Shown: positions 41,985 through 51,807 of the stretch, piece by piece
How the letters are laid out: each line of letters begins with the position of its first letter
Position numbering within the stretch: position 1 is the stretch's first letter
NCBI GenBank assembly: GCA_963784645.1
Contig: CAWARY010000020.1
Coordinates: 86,899-150,898, forward strand
Reading direction: 5' to 3'
Source of the DNA: an uncultured Actinomycetota bacterium
Lineage (GTDB): Bacteria; Actinomycetota; Actinomycetes; JACCUZ01
Length of the DNA stretch: 64,000 bases
The notes under the pieces: generated by a model
Told to the model about the DNA's origin: nothing
What the model saw: only the letters and a program-made list of their open reading frames with translations
Databases searched by the model: none
Position numbers and translations under genes: made by a program

Positions 41985-44630
41985 TCAGCGGGCCAGAGCG
42001 CGGGCAGCGCGCTCGGCGCGGACCGCCGGCCGGGCCAGCCGGCCGGTGGCAGCGAGCACCGTGGCTCCGCCGGGGGCCGCCACCACCGGGTTGAGCTCCA
42101 GCGACTCGACCTCGGGCACGTCGTCGGCGAGCCGGGCCAACCGGGCCAGCAGGTCCCCCAGCGCCGCGACGTCCATCGGAGTGCTCCCGTCGTGGCCGAG
42201 CAGCAGCGGAGCGGCCCGGACGCCGCGAATCAGGTCCGACAGGTCGCTGTCGGTCAGCGGGGGCACTGCGTAGGTACGGTCGCCCAGCAGGTCGGTCGCG
42301 ACCCCACCGAGACCGAAGGACACGACCGGCCCGAACAACGGGTCCTCGACGGTCGCCAGCCGGGTCGCCACTCCGGTGGGTGCCATCTTCTGGACCACGA
42401 AGCCGCCTGCGGCGGCACCGAGCCGATGCCGCATGGCGCCGAACGCAGCCCGCAGCTCGTCGGCATTGTCGACGTCCAGCCGTACGCCGCCGAGCTCACG
42501 TCGGTGCCGCAGCTGGGGAGCCGTCGCCTTCAGCGCCACCGGGTAGCCGAGATCGTCGCCGGCGGCGGCGGCCTCGTCGGCGGTGGCCGCCGGGCGCACG
42601 TCCCACAGGTCGATGCCGTAGCAGGCCAGCAGCCGTCGCAGCTGTGCGTGATCGAGGTCCACGTGGTCGACGCCGGCGAGCAGCTCGGCGACCAGGGCGC
42701 GGGCCGCCCGGACATCGAGGCCGGAGGGCGACGCGGCGTGCCCGGCGGGGGTCGCGCGCCAGTCGGCGTACGCCGTGACCAGCGCGAGGGCCGCGACGGC
42801 GTCCTCGGGTGTGGCGTAGGAGGGCACCGACCCGGCTCCCCCGTCGGGGGCGCGCAGCGCCTCGGGTACTCCCGGCATGCCGAGGAAGGTCGACACGACG
42901 GTCTTGCCGGCGGCCCTGGACGCGGCGGCGAGCACCTGCGCCACGTCGGTGCCCGAGGTCGCCAGCGGCGGGATGAACAGCGCGACCACCGAGTCGACCT
43001 CCGCGGTGGCGAACACCTCGTCGAGTGCCGCGGCGAAGTCCGCCGAGGCGGCCCCGGGTCCGAGGTCGTGCTGCCGGACGACGGCCAGACCGGCCTCCTC
43101 GCAGGCGTCGACGGCGAGGAGGGCCAACGCGTCGGAGTTGCCGAGGACGGCGACCCGCCGGCCGGCCGGCAGGGGCTGGGTGGCGACGAGCGCCGCGACG
43201 TCGAACATCTGGTGGATGGAGCGGGCCCGGATGACGCCGGCCCGCCGGAACAGCGCGTCGACCGCAGCAGCCGGTGCCCGCGTGTCGCGGACCAGGTGCC
43301 CACCCGGCCGCTCGCCCCGGAAGCGGCCGGACTTCACCACGACCACCGGCTTCTGGCGTGCGAGCCGGCGGGCCAGCCGGCTGAACTTGCGCGGGTTGCC
43401 GAGCGACTCCAGGTAGAGCAGGACGGCGTCCGTCGCCTCGTCCTCCTCCCAGAACTGCAGCAGGTCGTTGCCGCTGACGTCGACCCGGTTGCCGGCCGAG
43501 ACGAACGTCGACAGGCCGAGACCGCGGTGCACCACGTTGTCGAGCAGGGCGATCCCCAGCGCGCCGGACTGGGAGAAGAACCCGAGGCGCCCGCGTGGGG
43601 GGACCACCGGGGAGAGGCTCGCGTTGAGGCTCACCTCGGGGTCGGTGTTGAGCAGCCCGAACGAGCTCGGGCCGAGCACCCGCATCCCGCTGCCGCGGGC
43701 CAGCGCCACCAGCCTGCGCTGCCGCTCGGCCCCCTCCGGGCCGGTCTCGGCGAAGCCGGTGGACATCACCACCAGTCCGCGCACACCGCTGCCGGCGCAG
43801 TCGGCGACCACCGACTCCACCTCGTCGGCGGGCACCGCCACCACGGCGAGGTCGACCGGCCCGGGCACGTCCCTGACGGAGGTGTACGACGCGACCCCGG
43901 CGACCTCGTCGGCGTGCCGGTTCACCACGTGGAGTGCGCCGGCGTACCCGCCGTCGAGCAGGTGCTGCAGCACGACGTGCCCGAGGCTCGACTCGGCCCG
44001 GCCGGCGCCGACGACGACGACGGACCTCGGCTGCAGCAGCCGCTGGACGCTCCGGGCCTCGGCCCGGTGCTCGCGGGCGTAGGTCACGGCGAGCGAGTCC
44101 TCGGTCGGCTCGAGGTCGAAGGACACCCGCGCGACGCCGTCCTCGAAGCCCTGGTCGACGACGTAGCCCGCGTCGCTGAAGACGTGCAGCATCTTGCGGT
44201 TGGCCGGCAGGACGTCGGCGACGAACCGCGAGATGCCGCGCTCGCGCGCCGCCGCCGCGAGGTGCTCGAGGAACACGGTGCCCAGCCCACGGCCCTGGTG
44301 GTCGTCCTCGATGTTGAAGGCCACCTCGGCCTCGTCCGGCCCGACTCTCTCGTAGCGGACGACGCCGATCATCTCGTCGCCGATCGTCGCGACGAGCGCC
44401 GCCCGGTCGTGGTGGTCGACGACGGTGAACTTGTCGACGTCCCTGTCGGAGAGGTCGCGGTACAGCGAGAAGAAGCGGTAGTAGATGGTCTCGTCGGACA
44501 GCCTGCTGTGGAAGCGGCGGAGCCGGTCGGCGTCGGTCGGCCGGATCGGACGGAGGTGGGCGGTCCCGCCGTCACGGAGGACGACGTCGGCCTCCCAGTG
44601 CGCCGGGTAGCCGAGCTCGCCGTCGTCCAC
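41985..44630 (-). CDS. Bifunctional GNAT acetyltransferase / NDP-forming acyl-CoA synthetase-like protein (Pat-type protein lysine acetyltransferase architecture)
   Basis: The N-terminal GNAT domain (FHSRLSDETIYYRFF...QGRGLG...) is followed by CoA-binding, succinyl-CoA-synthetase-like and ATP-grasp regions. The protein is 881 aa. Confidence 0.8.
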   Translation of the reverse strand: MDDGELGYPAHWEADVVLRDGGTAHLRPIRPTDADRLRRFHSRLSDETIYYRFFSLYRDLSDRDVDKFTVVDHHDRAALVATIGDEMIGVVRYERVGPDEAEVAFNIEDDHQGRGLGTVFLEHLAAAARERGISRFVADVLPANRKMLHVFSDAGYVVDQGFEDGVARVSFDLEPTEDSLAVTYAREHRAEARSVQRLLQPRSVVVVGAGRAESSLGHVVLQHLLDGGYAGALHVVNRHADEVAGVASYTSVRDVPGPVDLAVVAVPADEVESVVADCAGSGVRGLVVMSTGFAETGPEGAERQRRLVALARGSGMRVLGPSSFGLLNTDPEVSLNASLSPVVPPRGRLGFFSQSGALGIALLDNVVHRGLGLSTFVSAGNRVDVSGNDLLQFWEEDEATDAVLLYLESLGNPRKFSRLARRLARQKPVVVVKSGRFRGERPGGHLVRDTRAPAAAVDALFRRAGVIRARSIHQMFDVAALVATQPLPAGRRVAVLGNSDALALLAVDACEEAGLAVVRQHDLGPGAASADFAAALDEVFATAEVDSVVALFIPPLATSGTDVAQVLAAASRAAGKTVVSTFLGMPGVPEALRAPDGGAGSVPSYATPEDAVAALALVTAYADWRATPAGHAASPSGLDVRAARALVAELLAGVDHVDLDHAQLRRLLACYGIDLWDVRPAATADEAAAAGDDLGYPVALKATAPQLRHRRELGGVRLDVDNADELRAAFGAMRHRLGAAAGGFVVQKMAPTGVATRLATVEDPLFGPVVSFGLGGVATDLLGDRTYAVPPLTDSDLSDLIRGVRAAPLLLGHDGSTPMDVAALGDLLARLARLADDVPEVESLELNPVVAAPGGATVLAATGRLARPAVRAERAARALAR

Positions 44631-44707
44631 AGCAGGAGGCTAGCGAGGCCCGCGCGATCCGCCCCTGCCGCAGCACCGGCGGATCGCGCCTGCCTCGCCG
44701 ACCGGGG

Positions 44708-45136
44708 TCAGAAGTGCAGCTGGGCGCGGATGGCGCCGGCGGGGTGCGCCGCGTTGTGCACGTTGACGTAGAAGCGGCGGGGGTGGGCGCGCAGCGCCGA
44801 GGCGAGAGACGCGCCGACGGTCGCGCAGCCCGCACTGGCCGGCGTGGGCGCGGTGAGCTCGACGACCACCGGCCCGGCAACCCCGGGCCGGCCGCGGTGG
44901 ATGTGGGCAGCCGCCGCGGTCCCGACCTTCTTCGCCGAGAGGAGGTAGCAGAGCCGGGTGCCGTCGAGCGACCAGGCGAACGAGCCCCGGCCGTTGCCGT
45001 CACCAGGAGCCGGGACCTCCTGCGCGCCGGTCAGCCTGACCGAGTGCTGCGGCACCTCCGCGACCGCGGCGGCCGGGAGGCTCACCGCCGCACCGAGGAC
45101 GACGGCGACGACGAGGACGGCGGGGCGAGCGCGCAT
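44708..45136 (-). CDS. Secreted CHRD domain protein
   Basis: The signal peptide MRARPAVLVVAVVLGAAVSLPAAA is followed by ...LTGAQEVP...AAAAHIHRG...FYVNVHN.., which are CHRD motifs. GGAGG lies 6 nt upstream. Confidence 0.6.
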   Translation of the reverse strand: MRARPAVLVVAVVLGAAVSLPAAAVAEVPQHSVRLTGAQEVPAPGDGNGRGSFAWSLDGTRLCYLLSAKKVGTAAAAHIHRGRPGVAGPVVVELTAPTPASAGCATVGASLASALRAHPRRFYVNVHNAAHPAGAIRAQLHF

Positions 45137-45260
45137 GGTGGCCTCCAACGGCGTGGGCTGCTCGTGACGCAGTGATACGCGCCGGGAGGACCGCTGGGAT
45201 TCCGCCGTCCGGCCACCGTCGTATTCACGGACTGTCGGAGGTGTCCCGTAGGGAGGTGGC

Positions 45261-45794
45261 ATGCGATGGAGAGACCTCCAGGACCAGCAGCCCCGGCTCG
45301 GCGCGATCGCCCACGAGCGTCTGGTCGGCCCGGGCGTGCTGCTCGTGGTCTCGATCCGGGCGGACGGCACGCCGCGGCTGAGCCCGGTCGAACCGTTCGT
45401 GCTCGACGGTGACCTGTGGCTGTCGATGCTGCTCGGCTCGCTGAAGGCGGCCGATCTGGTGCGCGACCCGCGGGTCCTGGTGCACAGCGTCGTCACCGGC
45501 CCGGACGGCGGCGAGGGCGAGCTGAAGGTGCGCGGTACCGCAGAGGCGGTGACCGACGAACCGCGGCAACGCCGTTACGCCGAGGCGGTCTCCGCGGCAC
45601 TCCCCTGGTCGCCCGAGGTGGGCCGGTTCCACCTCTTCACGGTGGAGATCGACGATGTCGCCTACGTCCGCTACGACAACGCGTCCGGCGACCAGCTCCT
45701 CGTCCGCTGGCCGGCGGGCACCGAGTCGGTACGGCGCGGCACCTCGGCCACGACGGTCGGTGACCCCGAACCGACGACCGGCGTGCTGGTCTGA
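45261..45794 (+). CDS. Pyridoxamine 5'-phosphate oxidase-like (PNPOx/FMN-binding split-barrel) family protein
   Basis: GGAGG lies 4 nt upstream. A split-barrel fold composition, ...LLVVSIRADGTPRLSPVEPFVLDGDLWLS..., is present. Confidence 0.55.
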   Translation: MRWRDLQDQQPRLGAIAHERLVGPGVLLVVSIRADGTPRLSPVEPFVLDGDLWLSMLLGSLKAADLVRDPRVLVHSVVTGPDGGEGELKVRGTAEAVTDEPRQRRYAEAVSAALPWSPEVGRFHLFTVEIDDVAYVRYDNASGDQLLVRWPAGTESVRRGTSATTVGDPEPTTGVLV

Positions 45795-46063
45795 CGCACA
45801 GCAGCAGCGGGCCGACTACGGCGCGGAACCTGCGCCGCCGTCGTTGGCCGACTCAGAGCAGCCAGGACGATGCAGTGGCCGGCACGCCGTCCGCGCCCGA
45901 CCGCTCTGTGGCGTGCGGGCCATGTGGCCCCGCACGGGGGTCGGAAAGCAGTGCTGCAGCGGGGCCACTCCGCTGGTCGTCGGCCGCTGCTCCCGCGTCC
46001 AGGCGCCGGTGACCAGAGCCGGACCCCAGACCAGCTGCCGATGGCTTTCGGCGGCCCCCGCCG

Positions 46064-46588
46064 TCAGTCGCCCTTGGTGCCGTCGATCAGCTCGCGGATG
46101 ATGTCGAGGTGCCCGTTGTGGCGCGCGTTCTCCTCGACGAGGTGCTGGAGGATCCACCGGAAGGTGATCTCCTGCCCGCTGGGCGGCCGTCCCACGGCGA
46201 TCCGGTCGAGCTCGAGGCCGGCGAACAGCTCGTCGTGCTCGCGCGCCAGCCGCTCGTAGTCCTCGAGGGTCACGGCGAGCGGCTCCCCCAGTCGGTAGGT
46301 GAACTCGCGGTCCGGGTCCTCGTCGGTCCACGGCCCCTGGTCCGGCTCGCCGAGCAGCCGCACGTGGATCCAGGACCACTCCACCCAGCGCAGGTGGCTG
46401 ACGACACCCGACATCGTCATCGACGGCGAGGTCGGCAGCACCTGGCGAGCCGCCTCCTCGTCGGACAGCCCCTCACACTTCATCAGCGCCGTCCGCCGGG
46501 TGTAGTCGAGCATCGTGAGCAGGACGTCCCGCTCGTCGAGGGTGTCGGCGGCGAGGTCGGTACGTGGAGGGCGCTCGTCTGGGGTCAT
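46064..46588 (-). CDS. DinB/mycothiol-dependent maleylpyruvate isomerase N-terminal-like family protein (DUF664)
   Basis: ...VSHLRWVEWSWIHV...HLVEENARHNGHLDIIRELIDG is the DinB_2 / DUF664 signature. Confidence 0.65.
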   Translation of the reverse strand: MTPDERPPRTDLAADTLDERDVLLTMLDYTRRTALMKCEGLSDEEAARQVLPTSPSMTMSGVVSHLRWVEWSWIHVRLLGEPDQGPWTDEDPDREFTYRLGEPLAVTLEDYERLAREHDELFAGLELDRIAVGRPPSGQEITFRWILQHLVEENARHNGHLDIIRELIDGTKGD

Positions 46589-46660
46589 GCCGGCGATCCT
46601 GACGACCGGCACCGACAACGCCAAGCCGATCGCGGCGAGGGCGCCCGGTAGCGTGCGCGG

Positions 46661-47578
46661 GTGCTCACCGTCCTGCCCGAGGTCGCCGACGCCCTGGCGT
46701 CCGGCCGGCCCGTCGTCGCCCTCGAGTCGACCATCATCAGCCACGGCCTGCCCCGCCCCGACAACCTGCGGGTCGCCCGGGAGATCGAGCAGGCGGTACG
46801 CCGCGGCGGCGCCGTCCCGGCGACGGTCGCCCTCGTCGAGGGCCGGCCGCACGTGGGGCTCGACGACGCCGCTCTCGAGCACGTCGCGAGCAGCGATGAC
46901 GTGGTCAAGGTGAGCACCCGCGACCTGGCCGTCGTCGCGGCGCGCGGCGGCAGCGGCGCCACGACGGTCGCGGCCACCTCCCACCTCGCGGCGCTGGCCG
47001 GCATCCGGGTGTTCGCGACCGGGGGGCTCGGCGGGGTGCACCGTGACGCCCGGGCCACCTGGGACGAGTCCGCCGACCTGCAGGCCCTCGCGACCACCGA
47101 CATCACCGTGGTCTGCGCGGGTGTGAAGTCGATCCTCGACGTGTCGGCCACCCTCGAGCGGCTCGAGACCCTCGGCGTCGCCGTCCTCGGCTACCGCACC
47201 ACCGCGTTCCCCGGCTTCTACCTCAGCGACTCCGGCCACCCGTTGGACTGGCGGGTCGACAGCCCCGAGGAGGTCGCCGCCGTGATGGCGGCTCGCTCCG
47301 GCCTCGGCACCGCCGACCGCGGAGTCGTGGTGGCGAACCCGCTCCCCACGGACGAGCAGCTCGACCCGGCCTTGCACGACCGGCTGCTGCACGACGGTCT
47401 CGCGGCGGCAGACGCCCAGCAGGTGCGCGGCAAGGACGTCACGCCGTTCCTGCTGGAGTTCTTCCACCGGGAGAGCAAGGGCGCCAGCCTCCAGGCGAAC
47501 ATCCGCATCGTCCTGCACAACGCCGAGCTCGCGGGGCGCATCGCCGCGGCGGCTTCGCCGACCCGCCGGAGCGCCTGA
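46661..47578 (+). CDS. psuG: Pseudouridine-5'-phosphate glycosidase
   Basis: ...[14 protein letters not shown]...[11 protein letters not shown]...[10 protein letters not shown]... are PsuG (indigoidine synthase A-like) motifs. The start is GTG. Confidence 0.8.
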   Translation: MLTVLPEVADALASGRPVVALESTIISHGLPRPDNLRVAREIEQAVRRGGAVPATVALVEGRPHVGLDDAALEHVASSDDVVKVSTRDLAVVAARGGSGATTVAATSHLAALAGIRVFATGGLGGVHRDARATWDESADLQALATTDITVVCAGVKSILDVSATLERLETLGVAVLGYRTTAFPGFYLSDSGHPLDWRVDSPEEVAAVMAARSGLGTADRGVVVANPLPTDEQLDPALHDRLLHDGLAAADAQQVRGKDVTPFLLEFFHRESKGASLQANIRIVLHNAELAGRIAAAASPTRRSA

Positions 47579-47582
47579 CCTC

Positions 47583-48506
47583 GTGGCGAACGGTCCGCTG
47601 GGCACCGAGACCCTCGACGTCGTCGTGGTCGGCGACGTGATGGTCGACGTGCTGGCCTCGATGTCCGGCCCGCTCGCCTCCGGCAGCGACACGCCCTCGG
47701 TCGTCACCACGGCCGGCGGCGGCTCGGCGGCGAACGTCGCGTGCTGGCTGGCGCGGCAGGGTGTGCCCACGTCGTACGTCGGACGGGTGGGCGACGACCC
47801 GCTCGGCCGCGAGTCGGTGGCGGGGCTCACCGGCTGCGGCGTCACGCCGTACGTCAGCACCGACCCGGAGCGCACCACCGGCACCTGCGTCGTGCTGGTC
47901 GAGCCCGGCGGCGAGCGGTCGATGCTGCCTGACTCCGGCGCCAACACGACCCTGACCCCGGAGGACCTGCCGCGGCGGGCGTTCCGGCCCGGCGCGCACC
48001 TGCACCTGTCCGGCTACACGCTGCTCAACGAGGGCTGCCGGGAGGCCGGGCTCGCGGCGCTCGCGATGGCCCGCGAGACCGGCATGACGGTCTCGGTCGA
48101 CCCGTCGTCGGCCGCCCCGCTGCAGACGGTCGGTGCGGCGCGGTTCCTCGCCTGGACCCGCGGTGTCGACCTGCTGCTCGCCAACCGCGACGAGGCAGCG
48201 GCCCTCGCGGGCACCGCTGACCCGCACGAGGCGGCGCAGCTGCTCGGCGACACCTACGGCGAGGTCGTCGTCAAGCTCGGGGCAGGCGGCGCTCTCTGGC
48301 ACCGCGGCTTCATCGGCGCCAGCGCGCCGGCCGAGCGCACGGTCGAGGTCGTCGACACCACGGGAGCCGGCGACGCGTTCGCCGCCGGCTTCCTCGCGTC
48401 GTGGCTGCTGCACCCCGAGCCGGAGACGGCGCTGGCCGCCGGCAACCGGCTCGCGGGCCGCGCCGTGACCGTCGTCGGCGCCCGCCCACGGCCGGCGGCC
48501 GGATGA
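47583..48506 (+). CDS. PfkB-family carbohydrate kinase; probable pseudouridine kinase
   Basis: A ribokinase-like fold is indicated by an N-terminal GDVMVD, ...TAGGGSAANVA... and the C-terminal TTGAGDAFAAGFL anion-hole motif. The gene is 4 nt after psuG. Confidence 0.75.
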   Translation: MANGPLGTETLDVVVVGDVMVDVLASMSGPLASGSDTPSVVTTAGGGSAANVACWLARQGVPTSYVGRVGDDPLGRESVAGLTGCGVTPYVSTDPERTTGTCVVLVEPGGERSMLPDSGANTTLTPEDLPRRAFRPGAHLHLSGYTLLNEGCREAGLAALAMARETGMTVSVDPSSAAPLQTVGAARFLAWTRGVDLLLANRDEAAALAGTADPHEAAQLLGDTYGEVVVKLGAGGALWHRGFIGASAPAERTVEVVDTTGAGDAFAAGFLASWLLHPEPETALAAGNRLAGRAVTVVGARPRPAAG

Positions 48507-48970
48507 GCGAGGAGGGCGCCCTTGCTGCCGTCGAAGCGGCCGGCCTCGCGCACCGGGTGGTACGGCACGGGCCGGTGCGCAGCCTGGCCGAGGCAGCGGC
48601 GGCCCGCGGCGTGGAACCCGCCGCGGTCGTCAAGACCCTCGTCGTGCGCCGCGGCGAGGGCGACTACCTGTTCGTCCTGGTCCCCGGCGACCGGACCATC
48701 TCCTGGCCGAAATTGCGCGACCTGCTCGGCGTCAGCCGGATGTCGATGCCCGACGCTGCCACGGCTCGGGACGTCACCGGCTACGAGCGCGGCACGATCA
48801 CGCCGTTCGGCGCCACCACCGCGTGGCCGGTGGTGGCGGACGAGCGGCTGCTCGGGCACGAGGTCACGCTCGGCGCGGGCGCCCACGGCGTCGCCGTCGC
48901 GGTCGACGCCGACGCCACGGTGACAGCCCTGGGAGCCGTCGTCGCCGACGTCACGGACCCCGAGGGATGA
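48503..48970 (+). CDS. YbaK/ProX-type aminoacyl-tRNA deacylase domain protein
   Basis: ATGA overlap with the kinase stop. The motif ...VKTLVVRRGEGDYLFVLVPGDRTISWPKLRDLLGVSRMSMPDA...ITPFG is the YbaK deacylase signature. Confidence 0.65.
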   Translation: MSEEGALAAVEAAGLAHRVVRHGPVRSLAEAAAARGVEPAAVVKTLVVRRGEGDYLFVLVPGDRTISWPKLRDLLGVSRMSMPDAATARDVTGYERGTITPFGATTAWPVVADERLLGHEVTLGAGAHGVAVAVDADATVTALGAVVADVTDPEG

Positions 48971-49019
48971 GGCGACCGCCCGGACGGTGCCAGGCAGCCC
49001 CGTCGATAGCGTCGACCAC

Positions 49020-49958
49020 ATGACGACGACCGGAACCGGTCCGACGACCACGGGCTCCCCCGCCGCCCAGCGCACGGCAGCCCTGGCGCTGACCGCCGCC
49101 GGCGTGACCGTCGTGCTGTGGGCCTCGGCGTTCGTCGCCATCCGGCACGTAGGGCGGGAGATCTCGCCCGGTGCGCTGACCCTGGGCCGGCTGCTGGTCG
49201 GCAGCATCGTGCTCGGAACCGTCGTCCTGGTCCGCGGCCCGAGCTGGCCGGCCCGCCGCGACTGGCGACTCCTGCTCGTCTGCGGGCTCCTGTGGTTCGG
49301 CGTCTACAACATCGCGCTGAACGCCGCCGAGCAGCGGGTCGACGCCGGGACCACCGCGATGCTCGTCAACGTCGGGCCGCTGATCCTTGCGATCCTCGCC
49401 GGCGTGCTCCTCGGTGAGGGGTTCCCCCGCCGACTGGTCGTCGGCAGCCTGATCGCCTTCGCCGGCGTGGTCGTCATCGGTGCGGCCACCTCGGGCCGCA
49501 GCGCCGGCACGGCGGGTGTCCTGCTGTGCCTCGTCGCCGCGGTCGGCTACGCCGTGGGCGTCGTCGCGCAGAAGCCACTGCTCGGCCGCCTACCGGCCCT
49601 GGAGGTCACCTGGCTCGCGTGCAGCGTCGGCGCCGTCGCCTGCCTGCCGTTCGCCCCGCAGCTGCTGTCCGAGGCGTCCGACGCACGCGTCTCGACCCTC
49701 GGCTGGATCGTCTACCTCGGCGCGTTCCCGACGGCCATCGCCTTCACCACGTGGGCCTTCGCCCTCTCCCACACGACGGCCGGCCGGATGGGCGCCACCA
49801 CCTACCTGGTGCCGCCGGTCACGATCCTGCTGGCGTGGTTCCTCCTCGACGAGACGCCGGTGCTGCTCGCGTTCGCCGGTGGGGCCCTCTGCCTGCTGGG
49901 CGTCGCGGTTGCCCGCGGTACCCGCGCCCGCCGCGACCGCACCGGGGCGCCGGCGTGA
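49020..49958 (+). CDS. EamA/DMT family transporter
   Basis: Ten TM helices form two EamA repeats. The start was chosen at MTTTGTG. The track ORF begins at 48987. Confidence 0.7.
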   Translation: MTTTGTGPTTTGSPAAQRTAALALTAAGVTVVLWASAFVAIRHVGREISPGALTLGRLLVGSIVLGTVVLVRGPSWPARRDWRLLLVCGLLWFGVYNIALNAAEQRVDAGTTAMLVNVGPLILAILAGVLLGEGFPRRLVVGSLIAFAGVVVIGAATSGRSAGTAGVLLCLVAAVGYAVGVVAQKPLLGRLPALEVTWLACSVGAVACLPFAPQLLSEASDARVSTLGWIVYLGAFPTAIAFTTWAFALSHTTAGRMGATTYLVPPVTILLAWFLLDETPVLLAFAGGALCLLGVAVARGTRARRDRTGAPA

Positions 49959-49970
49959 CCCCCAAGATCC

Positions 49971-50023
49971 TTTGTGCGTCGACACACCGCGCCGTCGGCG
50001 TGTCCGGTGTGTCGACGCACAAA
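49971..50023. promoter_or_regulatory. A perfect 19-bp inverted repeat, TTTGTGCGTCGACACACCG-N15-CGGTGTGTCGACGCACAAA. The spacer is itself near-palindromic (CGCCGtCGGCG).
   Basis: Read from the sequence. It lies 13 nt after the eamA stop and 58 nt before the acyl-CoA synthetase start. Confidence 0.45.
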
Positions 50024-50080
50024 CGGTCCGGGTGACCGACCGGCGTTGACCCCCGTGAGGCGCGGTGCGAGGGTCACGGC

Positions 50081-51778
50081 ATGGGCCAGACCGACGCGTT
50101 CCGGCATGCCCGGGACCTCCTCCAGCAGCACCGCACCGACTACGAGTCAGCGGTCGCCGAGTTCCGCTGGCCGGAGCTCGAGTACTTCAACTTCGGCGTC
50201 GACTGGTTCGACGTCCTGGCGGCGGAGCAGCCCGACGTCCCCGCCGTCTGGATCGTCGACGCCGACGGCACCGAGGACCGGCAGACCTACGGCGAGCTGT
50301 CGGCACGCTCGTCGCAGCTCGCGTCCTGGCTGCAGGGCGAGGGCGTCGACCGGGGCGACCGGGTGCTGCTGGTGCTGGGCAACGTCATGCCGCTGTGGGA
50401 GGTGATGCTCGCCTGCATCAAGCTCGGCGCAGTCGTGATCCCCGCCACCACGCTGCTCGGCCCGCGCGACCTCGCGGACAGGGTCGAGCGCGGCAAGGTC
50501 CGCCACGTGGTCACGGCGTCGGCCGACACCGAGAAGTTCGCCGACGTGCCGGGCAGCTGGACCCGGATCGCCGTCGGCCCGCCCGTCGCCGGCTGGCTGC
50601 GCTACGACGACTCGCGTGCGCACCTCGACTCGTTCAGCGCCGAGGTCGAGACCCGCGCCGACGAGACCCTGCTGCTCTACTTCACCAGCGGCACCACCGC
50701 GCGGCCCAAGCTGGTCGAGCACACCCACACGTCCTACCCGGTCGGGCACCTGTCGACGGCGTACTGGATCGGGCTGCGGCCGGGCGACGTGCACCTCAAC
50801 GTCTCCTCCCCCGGCTGGGCCAAGCACGCATGGAGCAACGTCTTCGCGCCGTGGATCGCCGGCGCGACGGCGTTCGTCGTCAACCAGCCGCGCTTCGACG
50901 CCGGCCGCCTGCTCGACACGATGGCCCGCTGCGGCGTCACGACGTTCTGCGCGCCGCCGACGGTGTGGCGGATGCTCGTGCAGGAGGACCTCGCGGCGCA
51001 CCCGGTGCCGACGCTGCGCGAGGTCGTCGGAGCCGGCGAGCCGCTCAACCCGGAGGTGATCGAGCAGGTCGAGAAGGCGTGGGGCAAGACGGTACGCGAC
51101 GGCTACGGGCAGACGGAGACCACCGCTCAGATCGGCAACCCGCCCGGCGCCCGGCTCAAGCCCGGGTCGATGGGCCGCCCGCTGCCCGGCTACACCGTGA
51201 CCCTGCTCGACCCGGTCACCTCGGAGGTCGGCACCGAGGGCGAGATCTGCCTCGACCTGTCGGCGCGGCCCACGGCACTCATGGTCGGCTACCGCGACGA
51301 CCAGGCCCTGACCGACGAGGTCATGCGCGGCGGCTACTACCACACCGGTGACGTCGCCAGCCGCGACGAGGACGGCTACGTCACCTACGTCGGGCGCAGC
51401 GACGACGTCTTCAAGGCGAGCGACTACCGCATCTCGCCGTTCGAGCTGGAGAGCGTCCTCATCGAGCATCCGGCGGTGGCCGAAGCGGCCGTCGTGCCGG
51501 CACCGGACCCGGTCCGCCTCGCGGTACCCAAGGCGTACGTGGTGCTGGCCGCCGGCCACCCGCCGGACGCCGACACCGCCCGGTCGATCCTGGCCTACGC
51601 ACGGGCGCACCTCGCGCCGTACAAGCGGGTCCGGCGGCTCGAGTTCGCCGACCTGCCGAAGACGATCAGCGGCAAGATCCGCCGGGTCGAGCTGCGGAGC
51701 GCCGAGACCGACCGCGGTGCCGGCACCCGCGCCGCCGGCGAGTTCCGCGAGGAGGACTTCCCCGACCTCAAGGGCTGA
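50081..51778 (+). CDS. AMP-dependent acyl-CoA synthetase/ligase
   Basis: The AMP-binding signature YFTSGTTARPK, a core of YGQTET...GYY.TGD and a C-terminal PKTISGKIRR lysine motif are present. Confidence 0.8.
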   Translation: MGQTDAFRHARDLLQQHRTDYESAVAEFRWPELEYFNFGVDWFDVLAAEQPDVPAVWIVDADGTEDRQTYGELSARSSQLASWLQGEGVDRGDRVLLVLGNVMPLWEVMLACIKLGAVVIPATTLLGPRDLADRVERGKVRHVVTASADTEKFADVPGSWTRIAVGPPVAGWLRYDDSRAHLDSFSAEVETRADETLLLYFTSGTTARPKLVEHTHTSYPVGHLSTAYWIGLRPGDVHLNVSSPGWAKHAWSNVFAPWIAGATAFVVNQPRFDAGRLLDTMARCGVTTFCAPPTVWRMLVQEDLAAHPVPTLREVVGAGEPLNPEVIEQVEKAWGKTVRDGYGQTETTAQIGNPPGARLKPGSMGRPLPGYTVTLLDPVTSEVGTEGEICLDLSARPTALMVGYRDDQALTDEVMRGGYYHTGDVASRDEDGYVTYVGRSDDVFKASDYRISPFELESVLIEHPAVAEAAVVPAPDPVRLAVPKAYVVLAAGHPPDADTARSILAYARAHLAPYKRVRRLEFADLPKTISGKIRRVELRSAETDRGAGTRAAGEFREEDFPDLKG

Positions 51779-51807
51779 CCCGCGAGCGGCCCCTCCGTCA
51801 GATCCGC

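Noticed and set aside
41490-44771. 1093-aa plus-strand ORF
   Set aside because: It is antisense to the Pat-like GNAT/acyl-CoA-synthetase gene and its translation is low-complexity (R/G/D/P/V-rich).
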